A stretch of 56,761 nucleotides of DNA, the filler included, from Asterionella formosa (taxonomy: Eukaryota), in assembly GCA_002256025.1 (NCBI GenBank). It is 5 parts of 5 records of this genome, joined end to end, with 100 filler letters (N's around TTAATTAATTAA, not from the genome) between each part and the next. Parts side by side here need not be neighbours in the genome. Positions count along the whole stretch, not along the records: positions 34,134 to 45,398 come from NKIB01008653.1; 4 more parts are not named here. One strand, 5' to 3'. Below, piece by piece: positions 35,070 to 45,498 of this stretch. The number at the start of each line of letters is the position of its first letter. The stretch's first letter is position 1. The position numbers and the translations under genes are program-made. The notes under the pieces are model-generated. The model had not been told where the DNA came from and made no database searches. It saw only the letters and a program-made list of their open reading frames with translations.

Positions 35070-36404
35070 ATGGGAAAGCCAAAGAACAATGCGAAGCGAA
35101 AGGAAAGTGTTGGCTCAAAATACATTCAAAGGGTAGGCCAAAACAAGAAACGAAAGTTCGAACGATATTGGATCGAAAAGGTCAAAGAAGTGCTTCCGTC
35201 GAAGGACACTGAAAGCGCCTTGACTGTAGTAATCAGTCGAATTGATCTGAATGATGGTCACTTTCATGCTCAGAATATTGATACAGATGATATCAGAGCT
35301 GGCGACGACAAAGATGAGACCAGAAGTTGTACGACTGTGGCAGTCCAAGCAGGAGTAGCAGCAGTTACCACAGTAGGAGGTTCCTCCAACACGAACAACG
35401 TAGCCGTAGTGCCTGATGCAAGCTTACTGGTTAACAATGATTCATCTCCAACAGTTAAGATACACTTTAACGTCGACAATGCTTTCATTTCACTTCAGAG
35501 AGCACCGTCTGCTAAGGCCCCTCTGACTAAGTACCCTTATCAACATTTCCACCCTCGCCCAAACGGTGATTGTGGAGACGGAATTTTAAATCCTTACCCA
35601 ACGTTAGAGGTAAATAATAAGTACTGGGCCCAGAGGAAACGTCTGTTTTCTCGGTACGATGAAGGTATCAAAATGGATAAGGAGGGATGGTTTTCGGTAA
35701 CCCCTGAAGCTATTGCAAATCATTTGGCGTCACGAGTTGTTAAAATGCACAACTGCACAGGCCTTGTGTTGTTCGACGCCTTTGCTGGATGTGGAGGTAA
35801 TGCAATTGCTTTTGCTCGACGTCCTGAGGTATCACTAGTACTTTGCTCGGACACAGATATTGATAAGCTTCGACAGGTGGCCAATAATGCAAGAGTATAC
35901 GGCATTGGCAAGGAAAAGATAATTCTTCTGCATTGTAATGCATGCTCGGTCCTGGAAGCTTTCAGGGACGGAAAACTATTACAAAATGATTTACAGTCTA
36001 CACGGAAGACTGGAGAAGCTAAGAGTTGTGAGGGTTATAAGCTTGGGGGGCTAGAACTTTTACCAGGTCGCATTGATAGCATTTTCTTGTCTCCCCCTTG
36101 GGGAGGCATGGACTATGAGCAAGTGGGAAAACGAAATTATGACATCGAAAAATGTATCATCTTGCATCGAGATGATGGATCGACGTGCAACGGCGAGGAA
36201 CTCTTACAATTGTCAGCCAATGCTCAACGCTGTGTGCTCTTTTTCTTGCCCCGAAATTTAGATGGGGTCTTGCTGGGTCGAAGTGCCTTGAAGGCTGGTT
36301 ATCACGAAGCTATCGAGGTAGAACAGAACAATCTGAATGGCAAACTGAAGACGATTACAACATACTTTGGCTACTGCTCATCTTGTCTACTGAATACCTC
36401 GTAA
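35070..36404 (+). CDS. TGS1: Trimethylguanosine synthase (RNA cap guanine-N2 methyltransferase)
   Basis: KYWAQRKRLFSRYDEGIKMDKEGWFSVTPEAIA; SAM-binding DAFAGCGGNAIAFA; catalytic FLSPPWGG; FLPRN; EQNNLNGKLKTITTYFG. Confidence 0.95.
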   Translation: MGKPKNNAKRKESVGSKYIQRVGQNKKRKFERYWIEKVKEVLPSKDTESALTVVISRIDLNDGHFHAQNIDTDDIRAGDDKDETRSCTTVAVQAGVAAVTTVGGSSNTNNVAVVPDASLLVNNDSSPTVKIHFNVDNAFISLQRAPSAKAPLTKYPYQHFHPRPNGDCGDGILNPYPTLEVNNKYWAQRKRLFSRYDEGIKMDKEGWFSVTPEAIANHLASRVVKMHNCTGLVLFDAFAGCGGNAIAFARRPEVSLVLCSDTDIDKLRQVANNARVYGIGKEKIILLHCNACSVLEAFRDGKLLQNDLQSTRKTGEAKSCEGYKLGGLELLPGRIDSIFLSPPWGGMDYEQVGKRNYDIEKCIILHRDDGSTCNGEELLQLSANAQRCVLFFLPRNLDGVLLGRSALKAGYHEAIEVEQNNLNGKLKTITTYFGYCSSCLLNTS

Positions 36405-36514
36405 GAATAAAATGGTGATCCTTCATCATCCATGTTTGCTGTCGAAGTGCTTGTTGGAGGACTGGATTCTCATCCGGTCTTGCAGTGTCGAAAAGACGCC
36501 TATTCAGATTCGAC

Positions 36515-37204
36515 TTAGCTCAACAATTCAAATGCACCGTCGCTGGAAGTCCATCTACACACGAGGCACACCTTGAATTCCGAGACCTTGACACCAAAGT
36601 GAACCAACGCCTTACAAGTTTCAGCAGACAAAGTATCTCCCTCCTTACAAAGTGTAAAATCTTTCATTTCTCCAACAAGACTGACACGCCCGTTGTTGAT
36701 CTCAACTGGAAGGCCAAGCTTCCGAAAATACTCCATCATTGAAACTGGGTGCATCTCCACCATGTCGTTTGTAATGATGACCTTTCTTGGAGAAACAGAA
36801 CCAGCTCTGGCAAAATCATCTTCGACAAGATCAGAAAAGTATGACTCAACATCCTTTCTAGGTTGGGATGTGAGCAAGAGGCCAACGCTACCGCTTGTCA
36901 ATTTTGCAACATGGCGAAGGTTTTCGCTATATTCTTCTTCCAAAGTCTTTCCCAGTGCAATCTGGAGAAGCTTGTTCTTGCCGAGAAAGATTCTGGAAGG
37001 CTTTCCTTCCATATCAGGCTCACGAAAGTGCATTCGAACGTTCTTGAACTTATTGGACCTCATGTTCTCGTAGGAAAAGAGGTAAAGTGTGTCGTGATTG
37101 TCAATTGCTGCTCTGACTTCCTTGATAACCGACGATTTGTGATCTCGCGATTTCTTTGCAGTCTGAGTCAAGGCGACAACCCTGGATCGCTTTGACTGAG
37201 GCAT
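36515..37204 (-). CDS. MRT4: mRNA turnover protein 4 / pre-60S assembly factor (uL10/P0 paralogue)
   Basis: MPQSKRSRVVALTQTAKK, ENMRSNKFK, RIFLGKNKLLQIALG, VGLLLT, DFARAG, RKLGLP, LCKEGDTLS. Start may be 37210 or 37204. Confidence 0.95.
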   Translation of the reverse strand: MPQSKRSRVVALTQTAKKSRDHKSSVIKEVRAAIDNHDTLYLFSYENMRSNKFKNVRMHFREPDMEGKPSRIFLGKNKLLQIALGKTLEEEYSENLRHVAKLTSGSVGLLLTSQPRKDVESYFSDLVEDDFARAGSVSPRKVIITNDMVEMHPVSMMEYFRKLGLPVEINNGRVSLVGEMKDFTLCKEGDTLSAETCKALVHFGVKVSEFKVCLVCRWTSSDGAFELLS

Positions 37205-38811
37205 TTTCAATGATAAAATGCAAAGCTTTGACTGTCAACACGAGAAAGAAGCAACTGGCAACCAAGATGTGAACCCTACAGAAAGGTAGAGGTCGAATTG
37301 AAGAAATTCTCTTCGTCGTTTGTTTGAGCATGCTTTCTTTTTAATACATACCTCCTACCTGCATTGTCAAAATCGGCAGCTTCATCAAGATTGGTGGTTC
37401 TGCTTGTTCTTTATTGTAGCGGTAGCTGGACAGTACGATATGATGGTATACCGGTGCGTAACATATGTGCAGGCATGTACTTTCCTGTAAGCAATACCAG
37501 GTACCATTATCAGGCGTACATACAAACCACTATCATAGAACCTGGCTGCAATGCATGTCGACGACTTTTCTGCTGTATGATTACCGGTACGGTATAAGCT
37601 ATATTTACAGTAACGGGTACCAGTACTGGGTACTCCGTAAGCATGCTGCAGTATGCTCCCCCCCCCTGTCCAATAACAGTTGCATTCATGATTCAAATTT
37701 TATCCTGGGCCATATTTTCTCCAGCTCAATTGCCTATTGTTTGGCATGCTCTAAGCTACAGATCCATGTTTATAATATATACAGAAAGAATAGAATTGGC
37801 AACCACATTTCAAAAAAATCCACTTTTTCGATTTTCACTTAGTGTTATCTTGAGCAAAATGCAGATGCATGAGGACCCATTTTTCTTCAAACCATCTACC
37901 TTCAACATACATACAAAGTGGGATATAACAGTTGAACAACAGCAACTTGTGTTCAATTATGGAATCCGCAACCCCTAAAGTGGTGATGATGGGATGAAAA
38001 AAAACAATATGCTCATTTTGAGGAAATCATTGTTAAATATCAGGCAGGATGGTCTATGTAGATGCAACATCTGTAGAAAGTGTAATAAATGATAATTATT
38101 CTTTTGATATTGTAATTATTATAGTGTCTTGTTTTATTCAGTTTCCCACAAATATTTGAGTGGCCAGCTGATGTAAAAAAGCATTTGATGATCTGCACAT
38201 GCATGTATGCAATGAATATATGTATGTTAAATTGGTTTTGATTAATTTGATTATAAGGTAATAATCTAATTGGTGATTGAGAGCATATGTTAACATCTAT
38301 GTCACTCATAAAAACGCATTTTTCCGAGTAAGCTGACCCTCACATAGAAAGATGGTATCTTTGCTTTGTCATCCTTCATATGCAAACAGTAAAGACACTA
38401 GATAGTGGTGCCGACAAATCGATGCAAATGTTATTGGACAGAGGGAGTACCTACCTGATGTCACTCCCTCTGCGTGCTGGGAGAAACAATTGCATCAATT
38501 TGCAGCAACAACTTAAGCTTCCTGCATTTCAACCCTAGGGCAAACATTAAAATATTGCTTAGGGTTGCCAAAGTTCCCTGAAATGAAGCATTCATGTGAG
38601 CTATTTTTGAATGACATAATTTCATTTGAAATACTTAAATCAGTGTAAATTTGCGCATATGTACATAGATTCCTTTTCGAATTCGCTATATATATATATA
38701 AATATAGACATTGTACATCGGTAAATGTATATACCAATGATTATGTTTCTTATATACAACCCGGCGGCTTGACGAATATTTGAAAGTGCACCACTCAACA
38801 AGTGGTACAAA

Positions 38812-38984
38812 TATGATGTCCGATGATGATCATCTACTGGTACCCGAAGTAGATAACAAAGTAACAGCTTACCAGTACACCCAAGGAAATGTTACACATG
38901 TATCTGAATGTGGCCAGTGTGGGTTTGCAATTCCTCACACAATCAAACGGAGGTAAGTATTTCGCAACAGCCAATCAATACATA
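38812..38984 (+). repeat. Dispersed ~170-bp repeat, copy 2, next to the LINE 3' end
   Basis: See 34144..34313. Confidence 0.85.
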
Positions 38985-38997
38985 GGTGGTAACTAAA

Positions 38998-41900
38998 TTT
39001 TTAAGCACGCGTTATTGAGCCTCGACTATAGTGTGCATAGAGTGACGCAAAGCGCCCAGTTCGATTAGATGAACTTAGACGGGTGAAAAGGAACGACGAG
39101 GGGCTGCGCGATGGACAAGAAATTGTCGGATTGTGCCCTGACGGCATTTGACTTGTCCGGATGTGAGGCGGAGTTGACCTGCACGATAGATTGCTGGCCA
39201 GGCCGTCGTTGCAAACGGGGAATGAAGCAAACGTTGAGAGAGAAGAAGGCCAAATAGATGACCACGTTCATCAGATGGAACTGAGATCTGGTTGGAGTAA
39301 GCTGTAGTCATCTGTGTTCGAAGCAATGTGAGTCGGCGTGCATTAGTGGCAAGGAGAGTGGCGCCATAGACAAAATCATTGCGATTATTCCACTGTTCCA
39401 TTGCATAAGTGCGTAAGGACTTGATTAGTTCGCTTGTCCAATGAGAGGATTTATAGGGTTGATCGGGATATCTGATGGAGTGATAGGTTGTCATGGCATG
39501 GGCCCAAGAAGAAACTTATAGATGTCCCCTTAGCTAGTAGGAGGTGGTTCCATCCTAGTATAGCTGTTTGTTGGAAATATGCATGATGGTTAGTCCAAAG
39601 AAGAGGCTCAGTTGGAGAGGGGTCTAGAAGAGGCCAAGTGGGGGAATGTCGTTATTTTCCCACGATTGGAGACCATGGGTGGGGGCAACGAGAATATGGG
39701 GAGGAGTGCTATGTTTGGATTTCAGATGGTCAGAGAGAGTGGTCCACTTTGTATCCCGAAAGTGGCAAGAAGCAGAGCAGGTGAGACATGATCGTGGTCC
39801 TCAATGGCATTGGAGCAGTGTGGGCATAAAGAAGTTGGGGCTTTGCCACGGCGATGTAAGATTTTGTTGGTGGGCCATTGTCCATTTATTGACTTAAACA
39901 TTGCTAATTTGCGTCCATATGATAAGTGGCTGTTTATATGCGCTGGTGGAAGACGTCGAGTCAATAGAGTCAGAGATTGACTGCGTCCATCCCTCTCGTG
40001 TTTGGAAGTTGTGAACTGTTTGGGCTTATAGTACGCTTTCAGAGTTGTAGGGATTATCTGAGAGGTAACTTGAGATCCCTGAAGAAGGAGGGTAGCGGGG
40101 ACTTGAGGGGAACGCGGAGTAATGGAATGCTGGGGCAGTGAAGATAGGCGAAATGAGTGAGTCCATCAACTTGGATATTAAGTTTTGTAGGCAGAGTTAA
40201 GGCGCGCTTGATAGGGTTTGCTGTTATCTTGGTGGCTTTTGATGTGATCTGCCTGGAGATCAACCGGGATAGATTTCAAGCACCTTCTTGGCTGAGTGGA
40301 TAAGGTCCCAATCTTGGTAGAGACTGTGGCGAATTGAGTGTTGATGGTGGTGAGACAGACGCTTGACTAAGGCCTGGTTGTCGATGCGAGCTCTAGCGGT
40401 GAAGGGAGTAAGAAGATCTAGGAGATCGTGGTATGTAAGAAGAGCCCGAAGATCAAGAACGGCACCAAGATGGCCGCAGCACCATGTCCGGAAGGAGTAA
40501 AGAGGAGTGGCGGTGAAGGTGGCTGGTGGTGTTGTAGCCACAGAGTTGGGTGCCACTGGAGCGGCCATGAATAACCCATGCGAAAGAGCCGTGGGGATAG
40601 CGTACTGATCCATCAGTTGCTACTTCAAAATTATTGGTTTTGATATCTCGGAGGAGTGGGAGAAGATCGGGCGGGAAGATAACCTGGCAAATATAATGAT
40701 TTTCATAAGGAGAAAGAGAGGAAAAGTAGTTGGAGAAGGTTGGTGGGAGATGTGATTCAGGGAGAAGTGAGGGGATAATACTAATATGATGGGATAGAAT
40801 TTGCGGGAAGGGGAGCCAGGAAGAGACCAATAATGGAATGGCGGAAGAGGGAAGAGTGGAGATAATTTGATTTGGAGTTGGCGTGAATCGGAGCCGAGAA
40901 TTCCGGCGATAAGGGGAAAAGAGGGAAGGATCGGATGGGAGGTGACAATGGAAGGTAGAAGATGGTGGATGCAAACATGTCGGCCAGTGTTGGTGAGAGG
41001 GTCCAGTGGGAAGTCATTTGAGGAGACAGCTTTGAGGGCAAAGGTGAAGGGAGCGAGATTTGATGGTGAAGAGGCGTGAGAGTATGTGTCTCCAAATTGT
41101 CCGGCTGGTGGAGCCAGGGAGAGTTTGTTTGGGCCAGGAGAGATTGGAGACTCTATCGTTTTTGGACCCATTCCAAAAGTCCTTATCAATGGTGTTGTCT
41201 GTACTTTCTACAATGTCGGACAGAGTGAGCACCTGCAAATACTGACGACATATATTGAATTTGATGATGTCAGGGGCAGTGATAGAAAAAGTGGGTGCCA
41301 ATGAAATTAATCTAGGCATGAGATGACAATCAGCATTCTGCCGATCAAAGGGAGGGATCCAGGGATCAGAGTGAGTAAGGAGGGCAGAGGTTTCAGTCAT
41401 AAAATCCCAAGTAGTAGTGGTGTATTGTGCAATAGAAGAGTAGGAGTAAGTGAGAGGGGGGAGTGGAAAGCCGAGGTGGAGTTGAAGGGTATCCAGCGAG
41501 ATTCTGATTAGAAAACCGAAATTGTCCTCTGCATTGAGATGACCCAGCAAGAAAGTGAGGTGCGTTGTCCCCTGGCTCACCCAAAGTTCCGGAAGGTTCT
41601 TGAAACCGCTATAGTAAGAGGAGCCAAAAATCAGCACTCTTGAAGTGGTGCTTGCTATTACCATATGAGATAGAAAAGTGCCAGTGTAGGTTTTTTGAAG
41701 GCAGAGGCACTGGTCTCTTGTGAAGGAAGTGACTGTAAGGGGATACCCAATGGCAGAAAAAACGCCACATTGCGCTGAAGGCGGCATAGACTTATGTGCG
41801 TGTTAATGGGGATTTAGCAATATCGGTTGCCCATTGTGTGGCCTGGGTGAGACGAAAATCAAATTCTTGATGGATCGACCCATCAGGAGCAGCTCATACT

Positions 41901-44760
41901 TCTAGGGATCGATGACCCGTTGTGCATTCAAGTCAGGGAATGGTGGAGAGGAGTTGCGAGGAGTGGCCTGAGGTCATATTGATGTGCAGTTGTGTAGTAG
42001 AAGCATTGGGTAGTAGGGTGGGACAACCGTGCTTGTCCCAGTGCCAGTCCATAAGATAATAAAAACATTTCTGTAGAGCGAGAGCTCCCCCACTTTCAAA
42101 TAGCAAGCGCTCCCAGTGTTGGGTGACCTTTTGCATAGTGGCCTTGATTTCCGAGTTGGGTTGTGTATCTGAAGTTAGCCAGAGGTCAGCATCATCTACA
42201 AAAGCTTCGCCAGGTCGGCAAGAGTGAAGAAGAAGGCGGGGCAGTGTGCTTGGAAGCCGTCAGTAAGAGTGGCAAGGGCTTGGAAAAGAACATTACTAAC
42301 ACACATCCATATGCAGGGAGACGCTCCACTTCCTTGCAAGACCCCCAGAATTAGAAGATTGCCATTGGTGACAAAGTAAGTGGGGTGAGACCCCATAGAC
42401 CATGCGGACCAAAAAAGGCATTGCAAAGATAATAGCTAGCATACAGGTTGCTGCAGAAGATAGAATCCCAAAATGCTCTGTGGCCATCAATCCCAATGAC
42501 GGAATAGCTCGATCGTAGCAGGCCTTAGCAGCATTATTGAAAAGCTGTGGTTTGGCGAGCTTGAATTTAATCGCCATAGGAGACCACTTTTAAGGGGAGT
42601 GCACTCGGGCAGCTTGCTCCAGGAAGATTACCAAAATTCCATTTTGTAAGAACGTCATAGGAGAGGGCATGATACACTAGTTGACTGTCCCAGAGGAGTC
42701 GAAAGGCCAGGCTCATATCTACCTCTAATAGCTGGATGACTCGCAAACAGTGTATCTGGGGGTCCCCTGAATCTTTGTCTAGCATAATCTGAATAGCAGT
42801 GCGCCAGCGTCTGGGTGCAAAGCCAATGATAAGGGGGATACTGATCATTGTGGCAATTAGACCACCAGACAACCATTCATCGCGAGCAAGAACTTTGTAG
42901 TGGGAGAGGTGACGGTCAGACGGGCCGGACGCTGTGTTTTCAGGGAGTTTCTTGAAGCTAGATCGAAAAATTTCTCCAGTGATGGTGATATCAATTGAAT
43001 CAATGCCTGGGAGAGATGTGGGTTTAGCCATTGTTTGAAGAAAGAGGCTAACCTCCTCAATAGGGTCAATTTTGGGAGTGATGAAAGTGCCTGCCAAGAA
43101 TATTTCATCTGTGTGCTGATTCCGGGAGAATGGGGGAATGAAAGTGCTCAGGTGGCCAGTAGCTTCGGGGGAAGAGGTGGTCTGGCTGAAGTGTGCTTTT
43201 TTTTGATTGATAATTGCTGTGAACAGTTGTACAGGATCGGAAATAGAGGTGGTTGACCCAGTGGGGGATCCATCTGGGTGTAGAAGTGGAATTTCCACTC
43301 GTTGGAGGGCAGAGTGGTGTTGACCTTTTGCGTGTTTTCTAAGTTTTTGAAAGGTACGGCGAACCTCCTTAGCCTTGAGGATATTGTTCAAAGCAATTTC
43401 TGCATTACAATCTGACGTTTGAGCTGCATATAATGCTCGTTCTTCAAGATGTGCGGTGCGTAGTGATTTCGAGTGGGCCTGACACTCATTAAGATTTAGA
43501 CGGGAAGCTTGAAGACAATTTGTCAGGTAGTCTAAATCCTGTCTATGGAAAAGGAGGGTGGGTAGTAGGTCTGGATATTTGAGAGTAGAGAGATTTGATA
43601 TGCTTGCCAGATAATCACCAAAGCGGATACAATCAGAGCATCGCTTTTTCCAATAAAGGTAGTCCTGTCCACAGCGCATCAGTCTAGGAGACCAGAGATA
43701 TCCATATGAAGCTCGGGCCGATCGTCGTTCAGCACTCAAAAGAACTCCCGTGATGTCTCTGTCAAGTGATTCATAAGCTGTTTGAATTTTCTGTAAGGAG
43801 TTGTTTGAAAGGTTAAGATGGACTAGAAGGTGGAGTCGATCAAACACTTTGTGCTAGGTAAGATATTCGTTGACTGCCCCTAGATATTTGGCACACGGGC
43901 CTGGGTTGCTAAGACGGAGCAGTCGGTGGCTGGGAGCAGTGGGGTCTGTTGAGCTATCCTGGAAGAGAATTTTTTCGTCGAGATCTACATAGAGCACTCG
44001 ACAATCACTATGGGGGCTTTGGTGAAAACTCAGACTTCTACCCCTTCGGACTGCTGAGAGGAGGAGGGGAGTGCCATGGATAAAGTCAATGTGGCGTCCA
44101 CTGGAGGAGGTAGATGCATGGGATGGGATGCCGCAAGAGAATAGAAGACAGTGAGATAGCATGTACGCAGGAAGAGGGCGATGTCAGCATCTGACGCAAG
44201 AGAGTTTGCATCCTACATCAGGATAACCTCATTTTGGGCTGTAAGGGAGATAATGAGCGAATGTTTGGAGAGATTGAAGCATTGAGAGCCGTGGATTGGG
44301 GTTGTTGTCTTTGTAATGTTCCATAAAGTGGGAACGCTGATGCTCATATGCTGTTTGAGGGCCTGTTCGTTGATTCTGAAAGACACGGTAAGCTGTTATA
44401 AAGTCAGGTGGTGATGAGATTGTGATCGGATAGGTGAATCGTTCAAAGTAATCTCTTTTAAAAGTATTACAGTTCTGGAATAAGATGTGGATATGACAAG
44501 AGGAGGGCTCTCATAGTGGACCCCCCCCTTAGTTCTTTGGTTGAACAGATGCACGAAGAGAGGTACTAAAGTCAGGGGTGGGTTGAAATTGGCGGGAAAT
44601 TGTTTTTGTCCATGATGCTTGGGATAGAGGCGGCGCAATCTGCTCACCAATAGGAGCAGAATTGCCAAGCCTACTAATCTTCACCGTCGTCTCCCCCAGT
44701 TATCATAGGTGTGGGTTGAGACGACTCTGCTGCGGAGATTTGGGAGGTAGGGGCGTCTGC
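38998..44760 (-). mobile_element. Decayed non-LTR retrotransposon ORF2 (APE endonuclease, RT, RNase H, Cys knuckle), Ambal-like
   Basis: APE: HILFQNCN, TAYRV, GRHIDFI, HSDCRVLYVD. RT: LRVIQLLEVD, AKACYDR, GVLQGSGASPCIW, AFVDD, WERLLFESGGALALQKC. RNase H: ATDGSV, DNQALV, DWDLI, LNIQVD. CPHCSNAIEDHDH; WNNRN. Many frameshifts. Boundaries approximate. Confidence 0.92.
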
Positions 44761-45100
44761 ATATAAAAACTATCATATTTCCATGATGCATCATAGGATT
44801 GTGATCATCTGATCACAATTTTTCGTTATATCATCTAATAATCTTGATAAATGCCCTTGTAATTTAAATAGTAACCCTTTTGACTACATATATTTAATTA
44901 TGATATGTATTGTTTCTATTTGATTCCTGTATTCGAATTTCTTGGTAGGATAATGTACCAGCTGAAGTTATGTAATTTGGCTCGTCATTTCCATCTGTCA
45001 TCACTCTGATTTTTGCAACAACAACGAAATACTAGCGATGACAAGTGGAATGATTGTTTGCGATAACGTCTTCAATTGTCGGTCATGTGATCATTATACT

Positions 45101-45370
45101 ATCTTTGAGTAATCGTCATGTGCAGTGAACCATTGTTCATAATCATTCAATTAGGAGTTTACAGGAGAGAAGAAATCATTCGAACTCGTAATGGTTCCGC
45201 ACACAGCGCACAAAGTAAATCCGTTTCGTCGACTTCAGCATGACAATTTCGCCAATCAACCCGAAAACAAACACATTCTACTTGTTCTCGTTGACATTTT
45301 CTATTCTCACATGATAATATCTTTGAGTAATTGTCATGTTCAGTGAACCTTTGTTCATAATCATTCAATT
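45101..45370. repeat. 52-bp direct repeat pair (45101-45152 and 45319-45370)
   Basis: ATCTTTGAGTAAT.GTCATGT.CAGTGAACC.TTGTTCATAATCATTCAATT, 3 mismatches. Confidence 0.88.
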
Positions 45371-45398
45371 GTGAACCTTCACCATGACGCAAGTTCAT

Positions 45399-45498
45399 NN
45401 NNNNNNNNNNNNNNNNNNNNNNNNNNNNNNNNNNNNNNNNNNTTAATTAATTAANNNNNNNNNNNNNNNNNNNNNNNNNNNNNNNNNNNNNNNNNNNN
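45399..45498. other. Artificial 100-bp scaffold linker
   Basis: N44-TTAATTAATTAA-N44. Confidence 0.98.

Noticed and set aside
30100..37204. Functional cluster of the sulfotransferases with TGS1/MRT4
   Set aside because: Separated by an artificial linker; different scaffolds
37850..38760. AT-rich stretch as a possible centromere or replication origin
   Set aside because: Similar AT-rich decayed DNA is common throughout the window; nothing specific supports the call
38812..38910. Box C/D snoRNA (ATGATGA ... CTGA)
   Set aside because: The CTGA is not conserved in the other copy at 34144, and there is no clear terminal stem
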